Below, piece by piece: positions 50,514 through 61,508 of a stretch of DNA of 64,000 nucleotides. The stretch is taken from the NCBI GenBank assembly GCA_964392685.1, contig CAYMQQ010000003.1, forward strand, positions 9,150 to 73,149, in the 5' to 3' direction. Within the stretch, counting starts at the first letter, position 1. Each line of letters starts with the position of its first letter. The translations under genes were made by a program, and so were the position numbers. Below the pieces are notes generated by a model. The model did not search any database, was not told where the DNA came from, and worked only from the letters and a program-made list of their open reading frames with translations. Origin of the DNA: an uncultured Sediminibacterium sp. GTDB taxonomy: Bacteria; Bacteroidota; Bacteroidia; Chitinophagales; Chitinophagaceae.

Positions 50514-51587
50514 TTATGGAAGCACTACGGTCTCTTCTACTTTTTGATTTTCGGGGCGAAGACTTCTCACTGTTTTTCCTGCTTGCCACAACTCGCTCTC
50601 ACGTAACTCTTTTAATTCTTCTTCCAGCTTTTCTCTATAATCAGCCTTGCTATTGCTTTCGATTGATTTAGCCGCTTCTTTTCCGGTGGCTACACTTTCA
50701 TACAATTCTGTAAAAACAGGTAGTGTTGCATCTCTGAATTTTTTCCACCAATCCAAAGCACCCCTTTGAGCAGTGGTAGAACAATTGGCGTACATCCAAT
50801 CCATACCATTTTCAGCAACCAGTGGCATCAGTGATTGTGTTAGTTCCTCTACTGTTTCATTGAAGGCTTCTGAAGGTGTATGTCCTTTGGAACGTAAAAC
50901 TTGATATTGTGCTGCAAATATGCCCTGAATCGCACCCATCAATGTTCCTCTCTCTCCCGTTAAATCGCTGTACACTTCTTTTTTGAAATCAGTTTCAAAT
51001 AAATAGCCACTACCAATAGCAATACCCAATGCAATCACTCTGTCAAAAGCTTTGCCTGTTGCATCCTGGAAGATTGCATAACTACTATTCAATCCTCTTC
51101 CTTGCAAGAACATTCTGCGTAAAGATGTGCCTGATCCTTTGGGTGCAACAAGAAATACATCTACGTCTTTAGGAGGTACTATTCCGGTTTGATCTTTATA
51201 CGTTACACCAAAACCATGAGAGAAATACAACGCTTTTCCGGGTGTAAGGTATCGTTGTACCGTTGGCCATAACTTTATTTGCGCAGCATCACTCAAAAGA
51301 TAGCAAATGATGGTACCTCTTTGTAATGCCTCTTCAATTTCAAATAAAGATTCTCCCGGAACAAAACCATCACGTACAGCTTTATCCCAGCTCTTTGAAT
51401 TTTTTCGTTGACCAATGATCACATTGATTCCGTTTTCTTTTTGATTCAATGCCTGTCCCGGACCTTGAACACCATATCCAATTACGGCTACTACTTCATC
51501 TTTTAATACTTCCTGCGCTTTTTCCAGCGGGAATTCTTCTCTGGTGACTACATTTTCTACAACGCCTCCAAAATTTAACTTTGCCAT
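50514..51587 (-). CDS. ilvC: Ketol-acid reductoisomerase
   Basis: IGYGVQG, FSHGF, VAPKGSG and SDLTGERG motifs; start MAKLNF. Confidence 0.95.
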   Translation of the reverse strand: MAKLNFGGVVENVVTREEFPLEKAQEVLKDEVVAVIGYGVQGPGQALNQKENGINVIIGQRKNSKSWDKAVRDGFVPGESLFEIEEALQRGTIICYLLSDAAQIKLWPTVQRYLTPGKALYFSHGFGVTYKDQTGIVPPKDVDVFLVAPKGSGTSLRRMFLQGRGLNSSYAIFQDATGKAFDRVIALGIAIGSGYLFETDFKKEVYSDLTGERGTLMGAIQGIFAAQYQVLRSKGHTPSEAFNETVEELTQSLMPLVAENGMDWMYANCSTTAQRGALDWWKKFRDATLPVFTELYESVATGKEAAKSIESNSKADYREKLEEELKELRESELWQAGKTVRSLRPENQKVEETVVLP

Positions 51588-51621
51588 GTTGCTTGTTTTA
51601 TATTTTAATAGATTGGGTTGA

Positions 51622-52212
51622 TTACATACTAAATACTTCTTGTTGTTTTCCCAGGTATTCATTTTCGATCAAATCATCACTCGGGTCGGTTGCTTCAAAT
51701 TCTTTGATCTTTTCATGAAAACCGTTACTGGCTTTGATAATCGCCACACGCGCGCTTCTCACAAACTCAATGAGTCCGTAAGGTTCTAAAACACTAATGA
51801 GTCTGTTGATTTCTTCGCGGTGACCACTGGTCTCAAAAATGGTATAGTCTTTTCTGATCACTACCGCTCTTGCACCATATTCTCTCAGTAATCGTTCAAC
51901 TTTTACCTTCTCGGCAATTTCATCCGTAGATACTTTATAGAGTGCCAGCTCCTGCCAAACAATTTCATCATTGGTATTGTAATAAGCTTTTAAAACTTCT
52001 ACTTGTTTTTCGATTTGGCGTACCAATTTTCTTACCACTTCTTCCAATTCATCGATAACAATCGTAAAACGATGAATACCTTCTACCTCAGAAGGTGAAG
52101 TATTCAGACTTTCGATATTGATCTTTCGTCTGGAGAATATAATTGCGATTCGATTCAGTAACCCAATATGGTTCTCTGTATAGACTGTGATGGTAAATTC
52201 TTGTTTTTGCAT
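51622..52212 (-). CDS. ilvN: Acetolactate synthase small subunit
   Basis: ACT domain EN..GLLNRI..IFSRRKINIESL. Confidence 0.95.
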   Translation of the reverse strand: MQKQEFTITVYTENHIGLLNRIAIIFSRRKINIESLNTSPSEVEGIHRFTIVIDELEEVVRKLVRQIEKQVEVLKAYYNTNDEIVWQELALYKVSTDEIAEKVKVERLLREYGARAVVIRKDYTIFETSGHREEINRLISVLEPYGLIEFVRSARVAIIKASNGFHEKIKEFEATDPSDDLIENEYLGKQQEVFSM

Positions 52213-52216
52213 AAGT

Positions 52217-53950
52217 TTACTTTAATCTGATTTCACTAACACTGCAGCCTTGAGGAACCATCGGGAATACATTGTTTTCTTTCCCAACCATTACTTCCAG
52301 CAAATAAGTTCCCGGATGTAACAACATTCTCTGTAATGCATCTTTTAAATGACTTCGCTCTTTTACCGTTTCCCCGCAGATGCCATATCCTTTAGCCACT
52401 GTTACATAATCAGGACTGGCTATATCAACAAAAGAATATCGTTTATCATGAAACAATTGCTGCCATTGACGTACCATTCCTAAAAACTGATTATTAAGAA
52501 TGAGAATTTTAATATCAATACCTGTTTGCATGATAGTTCCCAATTCTTGAATGGTCATTTGAATACCACCATCTCCAATAACAGCTACAACCGCTCTTTC
52601 CGGTGCTCCAAATTTTGCTCCGATAGCAGCGGGCAATGCAAATCCCATGGTACCCAATCCACCCGAAGTAATATTGCTTCTGGTCTGGTTGAATTTGGCA
52701 TACCGACAAGCCACCATCTGATGCTGCCCTACATCTGAAACTACAATAGCTTCTCCTTTTGTTAATTCATTCAATACACGAAGCACTTCTCCCATCGATA
52801 TTTGTCCCTCGCTAGGGTACAACTCATTGATGATAACTTCCTTTTCTTCCTCTTTTTGATAAGCCCTGAATTTTTCGATCCATTGAGGATATACTTTGGT
52901 TTGTATCAATCGTGTGAGCATCGGCAATGTCTCTTTACAATCGCCCCACACACCTACGGTTGCTTTTACATTTTTATCGATTTCAGATGGATCGATATCC
53001 AGATGAATCACTTTTGCTTGTTTAGCATATTTGTCTAATCTACCCGTAACCCTGTCATCGAAGCGCATACCAATCGCAATCAACACATCACATTCATTGG
53101 TCATCACATTCGGCCCATAGTTTCCATGCATACCCAACATGCCCATATTTAGTGGGTGATCTGTAGGCAGTGCACTCAAACCTAAAATAGTCCATGCGGC
53201 AGGTATCCCTGATTTTTCCAGAAAAGCCTTAAACTCTTGTTCTGCGTTACCTAGTATCACACCCTGACCGAAAATCACAAATGGTTTCTCTGCTGTATTG
53301 ATCAATGCTGCCGCCGCTTCAATAAATTCTTTTCTGATATACGGTTTGGGTCGATAACTTCTGATATGATCACAAGATTGATACCCATTATATTCAAATA
53401 GTTGCAACTGCGCATTCTTAGTGATATCAATCAATACCGGACCTGGCCTACCGCTTCTGGCGATATAAAAAGCTTTCGCCAATACTTCAGGGATTTCGCA
53501 AGCATCTGTGATCTGATAATTCCATTTGGTTACCGGAGTAGTAATATTAATGACATCTGTTTCCTGAAATGCATCGGTTCCTAGAAGATGCGCAAATACT
53601 TGTCCGGTAATACATACCAGAGGTGTACTATCTATTTGTGCATCTGCTAACCCTGTAACCAAATTGGTAGCACCCGGACCACTTGTTGCAAAAACCACTC
53701 CCACTTTACCGGATGTTCTGGCAAACCCTTGTGCAGCATGTATTCCACCTTGTTCGTGTCTTACAAGGATATGTTTTAGTTGTTCATGATAATCATACAA
53801 CGCATCATAAATAGGCATGATGGCTCCACCCGGATATCCAAATATGGTATCTACCTGCTCAGCAATCAATGCTTCGAGTAATGCTTGTGATCCGGTAATT
53901 TGTATGGTTTCTTTTACCGGCTTTTCTATGATATCCATTGCTGTTTCCAT
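52217..53950 (-). CDS. ilvB: Acetolactate synthase large subunit
   Basis: FGYPGGAI, RHEQG, TSGPGATN and GDGG..N TPP motifs. Confidence 0.96.
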   Translation of the reverse strand: METAMDIIEKPVKETIQITGSQALLEALIAEQVDTIFGYPGGAIMPIYDALYDYHEQLKHILVRHEQGGIHAAQGFARTSGKVGVVFATSGPGATNLVTGLADAQIDSTPLVCITGQVFAHLLGTDAFQETDVINITTPVTKWNYQITDACEIPEVLAKAFYIARSGRPGPVLIDITKNAQLQLFEYNGYQSCDHIRSYRPKPYIRKEFIEAAAALINTAEKPFVIFGQGVILGNAEQEFKAFLEKSGIPAAWTILGLSALPTDHPLNMGMLGMHGNYGPNVMTNECDVLIAIGMRFDDRVTGRLDKYAKQAKVIHLDIDPSEIDKNVKATVGVWGDCKETLPMLTRLIQTKVYPQWIEKFRAYQKEEEKEVIINELYPSEGQISMGEVLRVLNELTKGEAIVVSDVGQHQMVACRYAKFNQTRSNITSGGLGTMGFALPAAIGAKFGAPERAVVAVIGDGGIQMTIQELGTIMQTGIDIKILILNNQFLGMVRQWQQLFHDKRYSFVDIASPDYVTVAKGYGICGETVKERSHLKDALQRMLLHPGTYLLEVMVGKENNVFPMVPQGCSVSEIRLK

Positions 53951-53973
53951 TATCATTACTTGTTCATGATTAA

Positions 53974-55656
53974 TTAAATTTCATCGGTAACGCAACCCTC
54001 GGATGCATCTTTTACTGTTCGTGCGTACTTAAATAATAATCCCTTGGTTACAGTAAGAGAAGGTCGTTTCCATTGCTGCTTTCTTTGTTGTATTTCTTCC
54101 TCAGCTAGTTTTACATTGATCGATCTTGTTGTAACATTTAACTCTATGATATCTTCATCGTTCACCAACGCAATCAGCCCTCCATCATAAGCTTCGGGAG
54201 TAATATGCCCAACAACAAAACCATGTGTGCCCCCGCTAAATCTTCCATCAGTAATCAATGCCACTGATTTACCCAGCCCTGCTCCAATGATGGCTGATGT
54301 AGGTTTCAACATTTCAGGCATACCCGGCCCCCCTTTAGGTCCTACATAACGAATCACGACCACATCTCCTTTTTTGATCTTTCCGCTATTGATCCCTTCT
54401 ATCAGTGCATGCTCCCCATTAAATACACGTGCAGGACCAATGAATAATTCACCTTCTTTACCGGATATTTTTGCTACACTTCCTTTCTCTGCCAGATTCC
54501 CATATAATATTTGCAGATGTCCTGTTGCTTTTACCGGGTTTTCGATTGGGTAAATGATTTTTTGTTCCTCAAAATTTAAATCTGGGACAGCTGCAAGATT
54601 TTCTGCGATTGTTTTTCCCGTAACAGTCAAGCAGTCACCGTGCAATAATTTTTTTGATAAGAGATACTTCATCACAGCAGGAAGTCCACCATATTGATGC
54701 AGATCTTGCATTAAGTATTTTCCACTTGGCTTAAAATCTGCCAGCACCGGGATACGATCACTGATGGTTTGAAAATCATCTTGTGTTAATGAAACATTCA
54801 CCGCTTTAGCCATAGCAATTAGGTGTAACACTGCGTTGGTACTACCACCAAGAACCATAATGACTGTCATGGCGTTTTCAAAAGCCTTACGTGTCATGAT
54901 ATCACTGGGTTTGATATCTTTTTCCAATAATAATCGGATGGCTTTCCCTGCTTCCAAACATTCTTTCTTCTTTTCATCACTCAAAGCCGGATTTGAGGAA
55001 GAGTAAGGTAAACTCATCCCCAAAGCCTCAATGGCTGATGCCATGGTATTGGCCGTATACATACCTCCGCAGGCTCCAGCACCCGGACAAGCATGTTGAA
55101 TGATACCTTTAAAATCTGCTTCAGAAAGTTCACCGGCAATTTTTTGTCCCAACGCTTCAAATGCAGATACGATGTTGAGATCTTGTCCATTATAATGACC
55201 CGGTGCAATAGTGCCCCCATATACCATAATGGATGGACGATTCAATCGACCCATTGCTATCAATGATCCGGGCATATTTTTATCACATCCGGGTAAAGCA
55301 ATCAATGCATCATAATACTGTGCTCCACAAACAGCTTCAATTGAATCTGCAATCACATCTCGACTCACCAAAGAGTAACGCATGCCATCGGTTCCATTAC
55401 TCATACCATCACTCACGCCGATGGTGTTGAAGATGAGACCTACCAGCTCATTATCCCATACACCTTGTTTCACCAATTTCGCCAAATCATTCAGGTGCAT
55501 ATTACATGTATTACCATCATACCCCATACTGGCAATACCCACCTGTGCTTTTTTTAAATCATCTTCCGTTAATCCAATACCATAAAACATAGCCTGTGCT
55601 GCAGGTTGCGTAACATCTTGTGTAATGGTTTTGGAATATTTGTTTAGTTCATTCAT
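53974..55656 (-). CDS. ilvD: Dihydroxy-acid dehydratase
   Basis: [19 protein letters not shown] and TDGRFSG motifs. Confidence 0.96.
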   Translation of the reverse strand: MNELNKYSKTITQDVTQPAAQAMFYGIGLTEDDLKKAQVGIASMGYDGNTCNMHLNDLAKLVKQGVWDNELVGLIFNTIGVSDGMSNGTDGMRYSLVSRDVIADSIEAVCGAQYYDALIALPGCDKNMPGSLIAMGRLNRPSIMVYGGTIAPGHYNGQDLNIVSAFEALGQKIAGELSEADFKGIIQHACPGAGACGGMYTANTMASAIEALGMSLPYSSSNPALSDEKKKECLEAGKAIRLLLEKDIKPSDIMTRKAFENAMTVIMVLGGSTNAVLHLIAMAKAVNVSLTQDDFQTISDRIPVLADFKPSGKYLMQDLHQYGGLPAVMKYLLSKKLLHGDCLTVTGKTIAENLAAVPDLNFEEQKIIYPIENPVKATGHLQILYGNLAEKGSVAKISGKEGELFIGPARVFNGEHALIEGINSGKIKKGDVVVIRYVGPKGGPGMPEMLKPTSAIIGAGLGKSVALITDGRFSGGTHGFVVGHITPEAYDGGLIALVNDEDIIELNVTTRSINVKLAEEEIQQRKQQWKRPSLTVTKGLLFKYARTVKDASEGCVTDEI

Positions 55657-55682
55657 ACTTATTATTTGCAAACAGATACTAA

Positions 55683-56576
55683 TTAAGCTTCTGTCATTTC
55701 TCTTGTATATTCTTTTTGTAACACTTTTGCTTTATAAGCTTGTTGGAGAATAGCGCCTAATGACTCTTCCCATCTTTTCTGAAACGGAATATTATCCAGC
55801 GACTCTAATGCCACTACTTCTGCTGCTGTACCACAGTAAAAAGCACTATCTGCTCCACGTATTTCTTCAGGTCTGATCTTTTTTTCTACTACGGTAATAT
55901 TCAATTCATCACATAGTTCCAATAAAGTAGCTCTCGTAATTCCGGGCAGTATATTGCCTACCGCAGGTGTATAGAGAACACCCTCTTTCTCAAAAAAAAC
56001 ATTTGCTCCGGGACCTTCTGCTACATAACCATCAATATCCAAGAGTAAAGCTTCATCAAAGCCTTGATCTTTTGCTTCTTGACAAGCTAATATTGAGTTT
56101 ACATAATGACCCGATACTTTTGCGTTGATCTTAAATCCACTTGGATTGGGTCTTCGGTAAGAAGATGTCATCACACGCATTTGATTACTCAAATAACCAT
56201 TGGTCCATTCCCATGCAGTAATGGCCAGATAACTTTCTTTTCCTTTTGATAAGGACATATTCGGAGAACAAAGAATAACCGGTCGTATATAAGCATCAGT
56301 AAACTCATTTTTTTGAAGCAGCTCATACGTGATATCAATCAATTCTTCAACGCTTACTGAGAAGGGAATACCCATAACCTGTGCTGAATAACAAAGCCTT
56401 TCGTAATGTTCTTTTGCCTTGAAAATAACCGTTCCCTGATCCGTATGATAGGAGCGAATTCCTTCAAATACAGCATACCCATAGTGTAGCGATTGACTAT
56501 ATATATCAATGCTTGCCTCTGTCGCTTTTACAAAGTTGTCTTTGAAGTAAATAATTGTTGATGACCCGTAATACAT
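55683..56576 (-). CDS. ilvE: Branched-chain amino acid aminotransferase
   Basis: LHYG..VFEG, YIRP, AKVSGHY, EGPGAN, LPGITR and GTAAEV motifs. Confidence 0.95.
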   Translation of the reverse strand: MYYGSSTIIYFKDNFVKATEASIDIYSQSLHYGYAVFEGIRSYHTDQGTVIFKAKEHYERLCYSAQVMGIPFSVSVEELIDITYELLQKNEFTDAYIRPVILCSPNMSLSKGKESYLAITAWEWTNGYLSNQMRVMTSSYRRPNPSGFKINAKVSGHYVNSILACQEAKDQGFDEALLLDIDGYVAEGPGANVFFEKEGVLYTPAVGNILPGITRATLLELCDELNITVVEKKIRPEEIRGADSAFYCGTAAEVVALESLDNIPFQKRWEESLGAILQQAYKAKVLQKEYTREMTEA

Positions 56577-56595
56577 ATATCTGTTTTGTGTAAAT

Positions 56596-56625
56596 AAAAA
56601 AGCCCCGCCTTTTGGAGGCGGGGCT
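56596..56625 (-). terminator. Attenuator terminator upstream of ilvE
   Basis: Minus strand AGCCCCGCCT-ccaaa-AGGCGGGGCT followed by a T-run. Confidence 0.92.
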
Positions 56626-56646
56626 GTATAATTCAGTTAATTGATA

Positions 56647-56748
56647 TTATAGTAAAACTCCTCCTCCGTTAGGTACAGGGATAATAATGACAACCACAAT
56701 AATAATTGTGCTGATGATGTTGACAATATTAGTACTGTTACTAAACAT
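56647..56748 (-). CDS. ilv operon leader peptide MFSNSTNIVNIISTIIIVVVIIIPVPNGGGVLL
   Basis: 33-aa ORF with an IIIVVVIII run just upstream of a strong terminator; absent from the ORF track. Confidence 0.9.
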   Translation of the reverse strand: MFSNSTNIVNIISTIIIVVVIIIPVPNGGGVLL

Positions 56749-56931
56749 GAGGAGATTCTATTCAACGAATATACTCCCACCTCTGATAAAAACAAAGAAC
56801 TCTTCTATTATTTTTTCAGATAACGAACAACTGTTTGTTATCTGATATCCGAAAACAACAAGTGCAATACCTATGTATCGCACTTTAGTACTGACTTTAA
56901 AACTATACTTTACTCATTATCTGAAAGCCTA

Positions 56932-58044
56932 TTAGATAATAGTAGATTTATTCAAACTAGCATTGGCACTCACGCTTAATCCAATGTTTCTCTCAATATG
57001 ATCCGCTATCAAATCCCCAATAGCACTGGTGGAATAATTATTGACAGGATCAATATCCTTTGATACGAATCCATTCAATAAAGTCCATTCTACGGCTTTT
57101 CGAACCGTATGCGCTTCTTCAGTTAATCCGAAATGATCTAACATCATAGCTGCTGAAAGTATAGACCCTATTGGATTTGCGATATCTTTTCCCGCTGCTT
57201 GTGGATAGGATCCATGAATAGGCTCAAACAATGCTGCTTTATTTCCAACTGAAGCCGATGGCAATAAACCAAGCGATCCCGATAATACACTGGCTTCATC
57301 ACTAATGATATCACCAAACATATTTTCTGTTAGCACTACATCGAATTGTGCAGGATTTAAAATGATTTGCATGGCTGCATTGTCCACATACATATAATTT
57401 ACTGTCACTGTTGGATAGCTGATAGCAATCTCCTGAACAACAGTTCTCCAGAGTCGCGATGTTTCTAATACATTGGCTTTATCAATGAGGGTCAGCTTAT
57501 TTTTTCGTTTTTGCGCATATTGAAAAGCCAACTGTGCAATTCTTTCGATTTCATACTTTGAGTAAGTACATTCATCAGTAGCCGCGTCTCCGTCAGCGGA
57601 CTTTTCTTTTTTTCCAAAATAAATCCCTCCTGTCAATTCTCTAAAGATCACAAAATCTACATTTTCCAATAGTCTTGCTTTTACCGGAGACAAATGATGC
57701 AATGCTTTATAAGTATCAATCGGGCGAATATTGGTGTACAACTCCAATACTTTTCGCAATTTCAATAAACCTTGCTCCGGTCTTACAGTTGCTGAAGGAT
57801 TGTTATCGTATTTAGGATCACCAATCGCACCAAATAATACAGCATCACTACTTAAACAAGTATCAATCGTTGCATCAGGTAATGGATTACCTGTTTGGTC
57901 AATAGCAATAGCCCCCACCACTGCAAAATGATAATCAAATGAATGCCCGAATCTTGCTGCAATAACATCCAGCACTTTAATACTCTGATTGGTGACTTCA
58001 GGACCAATCCCATCTCCCGGCAAAACAGCAATTTTCTTATTCAT
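56932..58044 (-). CDS. leuB: 3-isopropylmalate dehydrogenase
   Basis: LPGDGIGPEV, RELTGGIYFG, NMFGDIISDE and EPIHGSYP motifs. Confidence 0.96.
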   Translation of the reverse strand: MNKKIAVLPGDGIGPEVTNQSIKVLDVIAARFGHSFDYHFAVVGAIAIDQTGNPLPDATIDTCLSSDAVLFGAIGDPKYDNNPSATVRPEQGLLKLRKVLELYTNIRPIDTYKALHHLSPVKARLLENVDFVIFRELTGGIYFGKKEKSADGDAATDECTYSKYEIERIAQLAFQYAQKRKNKLTLIDKANVLETSRLWRTVVQEIAISYPTVTVNYMYVDNAAMQIILNPAQFDVVLTENMFGDIISDEASVLSGSLGLLPSASVGNKAALFEPIHGSYPQAAGKDIANPIGSILSAAMMLDHFGLTEEAHTVRKAVEWTLLNGFVSKDIDPVNNYSTSAIGDLIADHIERNIGLSVSANASLNKSTII

Positions 58045-58054
58045 ATATTTTTCT

Positions 58055-58639
58055 TTAGGCTACCTTTTGTTCAAACTGTTCAATTGCTGCTCGCATATTG
58101 ATGAGATAATCAATATCATCATACCCATGTAACAAGCAGGTTTTTTTATAACTATTGATCTCGAAACTTTCTTTTTGACCAGATTTATCGATACAAACCG
58201 TTTGTGCTTCTAAGCTCACAGTCAGTGTATCTGCAGGTGACAACTGAAATAACTGTTGCAGAAACATATCACTAACGGTGATGGGTAATAAGCCGTTATT
58301 CAATGCATTGTTTTTAAAAATATCAGCAAAAAAACTAGATATCACTACTTTGAATCCATAATCCTTGATAGCCCAAGCTGCATGTTCTCTCGATGAACCA
58401 CATCCGAAATTTTTACCCGCTACCAATATCTCACCACTGTATATTTTATGATTCAATACGAAATCTACTTTGGGTTGTGACTCATCATCATTGCTATATC
58501 TCCAGTCTCGAAAAAGGTTCTTACCAAAACCGTCACGTGTGGTGGCTTTTAAGAATCGTGCAGGAATGATCTGATCTGTATCGATATTCTCGATTGGCAT
58601 GGGAACAAATCTGCTTTGTATGGTGGTTATTTTATCCAT
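58055..58639 (-). CDS. leuD: 3-isopropylmalate dehydratase small subunit
   Basis: NIDTDQIIP and [11 protein letters not shown] motifs. Confidence 0.96.
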   Translation of the reverse strand: MDKITTIQSRFVPMPIENIDTDQIIPARFLKATTRDGFGKNLFRDWRYSNDDESQPKVDFVLNHKIYSGEILVAGKNFGCGSSREHAAWAIKDYGFKVVISSFFADIFKNNALNNGLLPITVSDMFLQQLFQLSPADTLTVSLEAQTVCIDKSGQKESFEINSYKKTCLLHGYDDIDYLINMRAAIEQFEQKVA

Positions 58640-58676
58640 TTTTATTTTAGTAGTGTTTGGCTGATGGCTTATAGCA

Positions 58677-60077
58677 TTACATTAATTCTCTTACGTCTGT
58701 TACAACACCTGTAATAGCGGCGGCGGCGGCTGTGAGTGGACTAGCCAATAATGTTCTTGCACCTGCTCCTTGTCTGCCTTCAAAATTTCTGTTGCTGGTA
58801 CTGATGCAATATTCACCGGCAGGAATTTTATCTTCATTCATCCCTAAACATGCGCTGCATCCAGCTTGTCTGATTTCAAAGCCGGCGTCCTGAAAAATTT
58901 TATCCAATCCTTCTGCCTGTACCTGTTTTGATACCTGCTGCGATCCCGGAACAATCATTACTTGAACATGCTCATTCTTTTTTCTTCCTTTCACCAATAA
59001 TGCCACTTGTCTGAGATCTTCAATACGAGAATTCGTACAACTGCCAATGAATATATGTTGTACCGGTAATCCTAATAAACACTTACCGCTTTCTAGTCCC
59101 ATGTACTGTAATGCTTTTTCAATGGTATGACGCTCACCTTCATCGGGTATACTTTCGGCAACGGGAATGAAACCATTGATGGCAATACTTAATCCGGGAT
59201 TCGTGCCATAAGTAATCATAGGTTGAATAGCAGTTGCATCAATATGAATTTCTTGATCAAAAACAGCATCTGCATCACTATACAATGCAGACCATTCTTG
59301 TATTTTTTGATTCCAAGATTCACCGGATGGCGCAAACTGACGACCTTTTATATATTGAAAAGTAGTTTCATCCGGAGCAATCATACCACCCCTGGCACCC
59401 ATTTCAATACTCATATTACAAATGGTCATTCTTGCTTCCATAGACAATGATCGAATAGCTGAACCTGCATATTCAACAAAGTATCCGGTTGCTCCACTCG
59501 CAGATATCTGTGCAATTATGTATAAGATGATATCCTTTGCTACGACACCTTTATTTAATTCACCCTCTATATTGATACGCATTAGTTTGGGCTTAGTCTG
59601 CATCAAACATTGTGATGCAAATACCATTTCTACTTCACTCGTTCCAATGCCAAACGCGATGGCACCAAACGCTCCATGAGTAGAAGTATGACTATCGCCG
59701 CAAACAATCGTCATACCCGGTTGTGTAATACCTAACTCAGGACCAATCACATGAACAATACCCTGAAAAGGATGTCCCAATCCATATAACTCGATTTGAT
59801 GCTTTTTACAATTCTCAATCAGTTGTTGTACTTGTATTCTCGATAACTCATCTTTGATCGGTAAATGTTGATTCAAAGTAGGTACATTATGATCTGCAGT
59901 TGCCACTACTTGTTGAGGTCTAAATACAGACAAGCCTCTTTTCTCCAGTCCTTTGAAAGCTTGTGGACTGGTCACTTCATGAATGAAATGTTTGTCGATA
60001 TACAAAATAGAAGGCCCTCCTTCAATCTGTTTAACGACATGTTTGTCCCAAATCTTTTCAAATAATGTTTTAGCCAT
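58677..60077 (-). CDS. leuC: 3-isopropylmalate dehydratase large subunit
   Basis: [20 protein letters not shown] and [12 protein letters not shown] motifs. Confidence 0.96.
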   Translation of the reverse strand: MAKTLFEKIWDKHVVKQIEGGPSILYIDKHFIHEVTSPQAFKGLEKRGLSVFRPQQVVATADHNVPTLNQHLPIKDELSRIQVQQLIENCKKHQIELYGLGHPFQGIVHVIGPELGITQPGMTIVCGDSHTSTHGAFGAIAFGIGTSEVEMVFASQCLMQTKPKLMRINIEGELNKGVVAKDIILYIIAQISASGATGYFVEYAGSAIRSLSMEARMTICNMSIEMGARGGMIAPDETTFQYIKGRQFAPSGESWNQKIQEWSALYSDADAVFDQEIHIDATAIQPMITYGTNPGLSIAINGFIPVAESIPDEGERHTIEKALQYMGLESGKCLLGLPVQHIFIGSCTNSRIEDLRQVALLVKGRKKNEHVQVMIVPGSQQVSKQVQAEGLDKIFQDAGFEIRQAGCSACLGMNEDKIPAGEYCISTSNRNFEGRQGAGARTLLASPLTAAAAAITGVVTDVRELM

Positions 60078-60124
60078 TGTATCGTATTACTTTCCAATCA
60101 TTTAAATAGTTGCTATCTCAACAC

Positions 60125-61291
60125 TTAAGCAGTAACAGGTTCTACCTGATAAGCCTGTGCCAGTACATGCAAGTCTGATTCTTCTACTTCTTTCTTTTTA
60201 TCTGCTACTTTAAGAAACTCTTGATACAGAATATCGATATCGTTTCGATTGTACCGGTATCCAATCTTTTGAAACCGGTATGCCAGTGCACTTCTACCGC
60301 TTCTGGCCGTTAAAACGATCTTACTTCCTTCTGCTCCTACTTCTTCCGGATTGATGATCTCATAGGTTTGAGCATCTTTTAAAAATCCATCTTGATGAAT
60401 TCCGGATGAATGAGAGAAGGCATTCGATCCAACAATAGCTTTGTTTGGTTGCACAGGCATTCGCATGATTTCTGCTACTTCTCTACTGATCGGATTTAAT
60501 TGCTGTGTATGTACCTGTGTGTAAAAACCAAGATCTTTGTGTTGTTGTAAAATCATGACCACTTCTTCCAATGAAGTATTGCCCGCTCTTTCTCCGAGCC
60601 CATTGATGGTACATTCTATTTGTCTGGCACCATTGATCACACCTGCGATGGCATTGGCGGTGGCTAATCCGAGATCATTATGACAATGGCATGAAATAAT
60701 GGCACGGTCAATATTAGAAACATGATTTTTGAGGTAGGCGATCTTTTCGCCATACTGATGCGGCAAACAATAACCGGTAGTATCCGGAATATTGACCACT
60801 GTAGCACCGGCTTTGATGACAGCTTCAATAACTGTTGCCAAATATGCATTTTCTGTTCTGCCCGCATCTTCTGCATAAAACTCAACATCATCCGTAAAAT
60901 TTCTTGCCCATTTTACTGCTTGCACAGCTCTTTGTAAAATTTCTTCGCGAGTAGCATTGAATTTTGAACGGATATGATAATCAGATGTTCCGATGCCTGT
61001 ATGTATTCTTGGTCTTTTTGCGTACTTCAACGCCTGGGCAGCTGTTTCAATGTCTTTTTGAACGGCGCGACTCAATCCACATACTGTTGCATATTTAACC
61101 GCTTTTGAAATCTGTTCCACCGATTCAAAGTCACCTGGTGATGAGATAGGAAAACCAGCTTCGATTATATCAACCCCCAGTGCTTCCAGTTGAAGTGCCA
61201 ATTCCAGCTTTTCTTTGGTATTGAGTTTACAACCCGGAACCTGTTCACCATCTCGCAAAGTGGTATCAAATATGTGGACCTGCTGAGCCAT
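60125..61291 (-). CDS. leuA: 2-isopropylmalate synthase (short form, no C-terminal regulatory domain)
   Basis: [16 protein letters not shown] and GERAGN motifs; 388 aa. Confidence 0.93.
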   Translation of the reverse strand: MAQQVHIFDTTLRDGEQVPGCKLNTKEKLELALQLEALGVDIIEAGFPISSPGDFESVEQISKAVKYATVCGLSRAVQKDIETAAQALKYAKRPRIHTGIGTSDYHIRSKFNATREEILQRAVQAVKWARNFTDDVEFYAEDAGRTENAYLATVIEAVIKAGATVVNIPDTTGYCLPHQYGEKIAYLKNHVSNIDRAIISCHCHNDLGLATANAIAGVINGARQIECTINGLGERAGNTSLEEVVMILQQHKDLGFYTQVHTQQLNPISREVAEIMRMPVQPNKAIVGSNAFSHSSGIHQDGFLKDAQTYEIINPEEVGAEGSKIVLTARSGRSALAYRFQKIGYRYNRNDIDILYQEFLKVADKKKEVEESDLHVLAQAYQVEPVTA

Positions 61292-61508
61292 GAATGGTTT
61301 ATTATTTTTTTATGTAGGATAAAAAAGCAAGCTGTTTATATTTGTTAACGATTGCCTGTATTAACAAATTCACAGCCTGCTCATCATCGAATATAGATGC
61401 TCTGACCAGCGGCTTGAGATCAATTTTGCTGTTATTTTACGCCGTATGGAATGAGTTGTATTTGCTGAAACCCTTACTAGTAAAGGATCATAATCGTTTT
61501 GAATTACC

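Noticed and set aside
61292..61508. Leu-rich leader peptide upstream of leuA
   Set aside because: I found no minus-strand short ORF with tandem Leu codons and no terminator. The 61342..61545 ORF is on the wrong strand and looks spurious.
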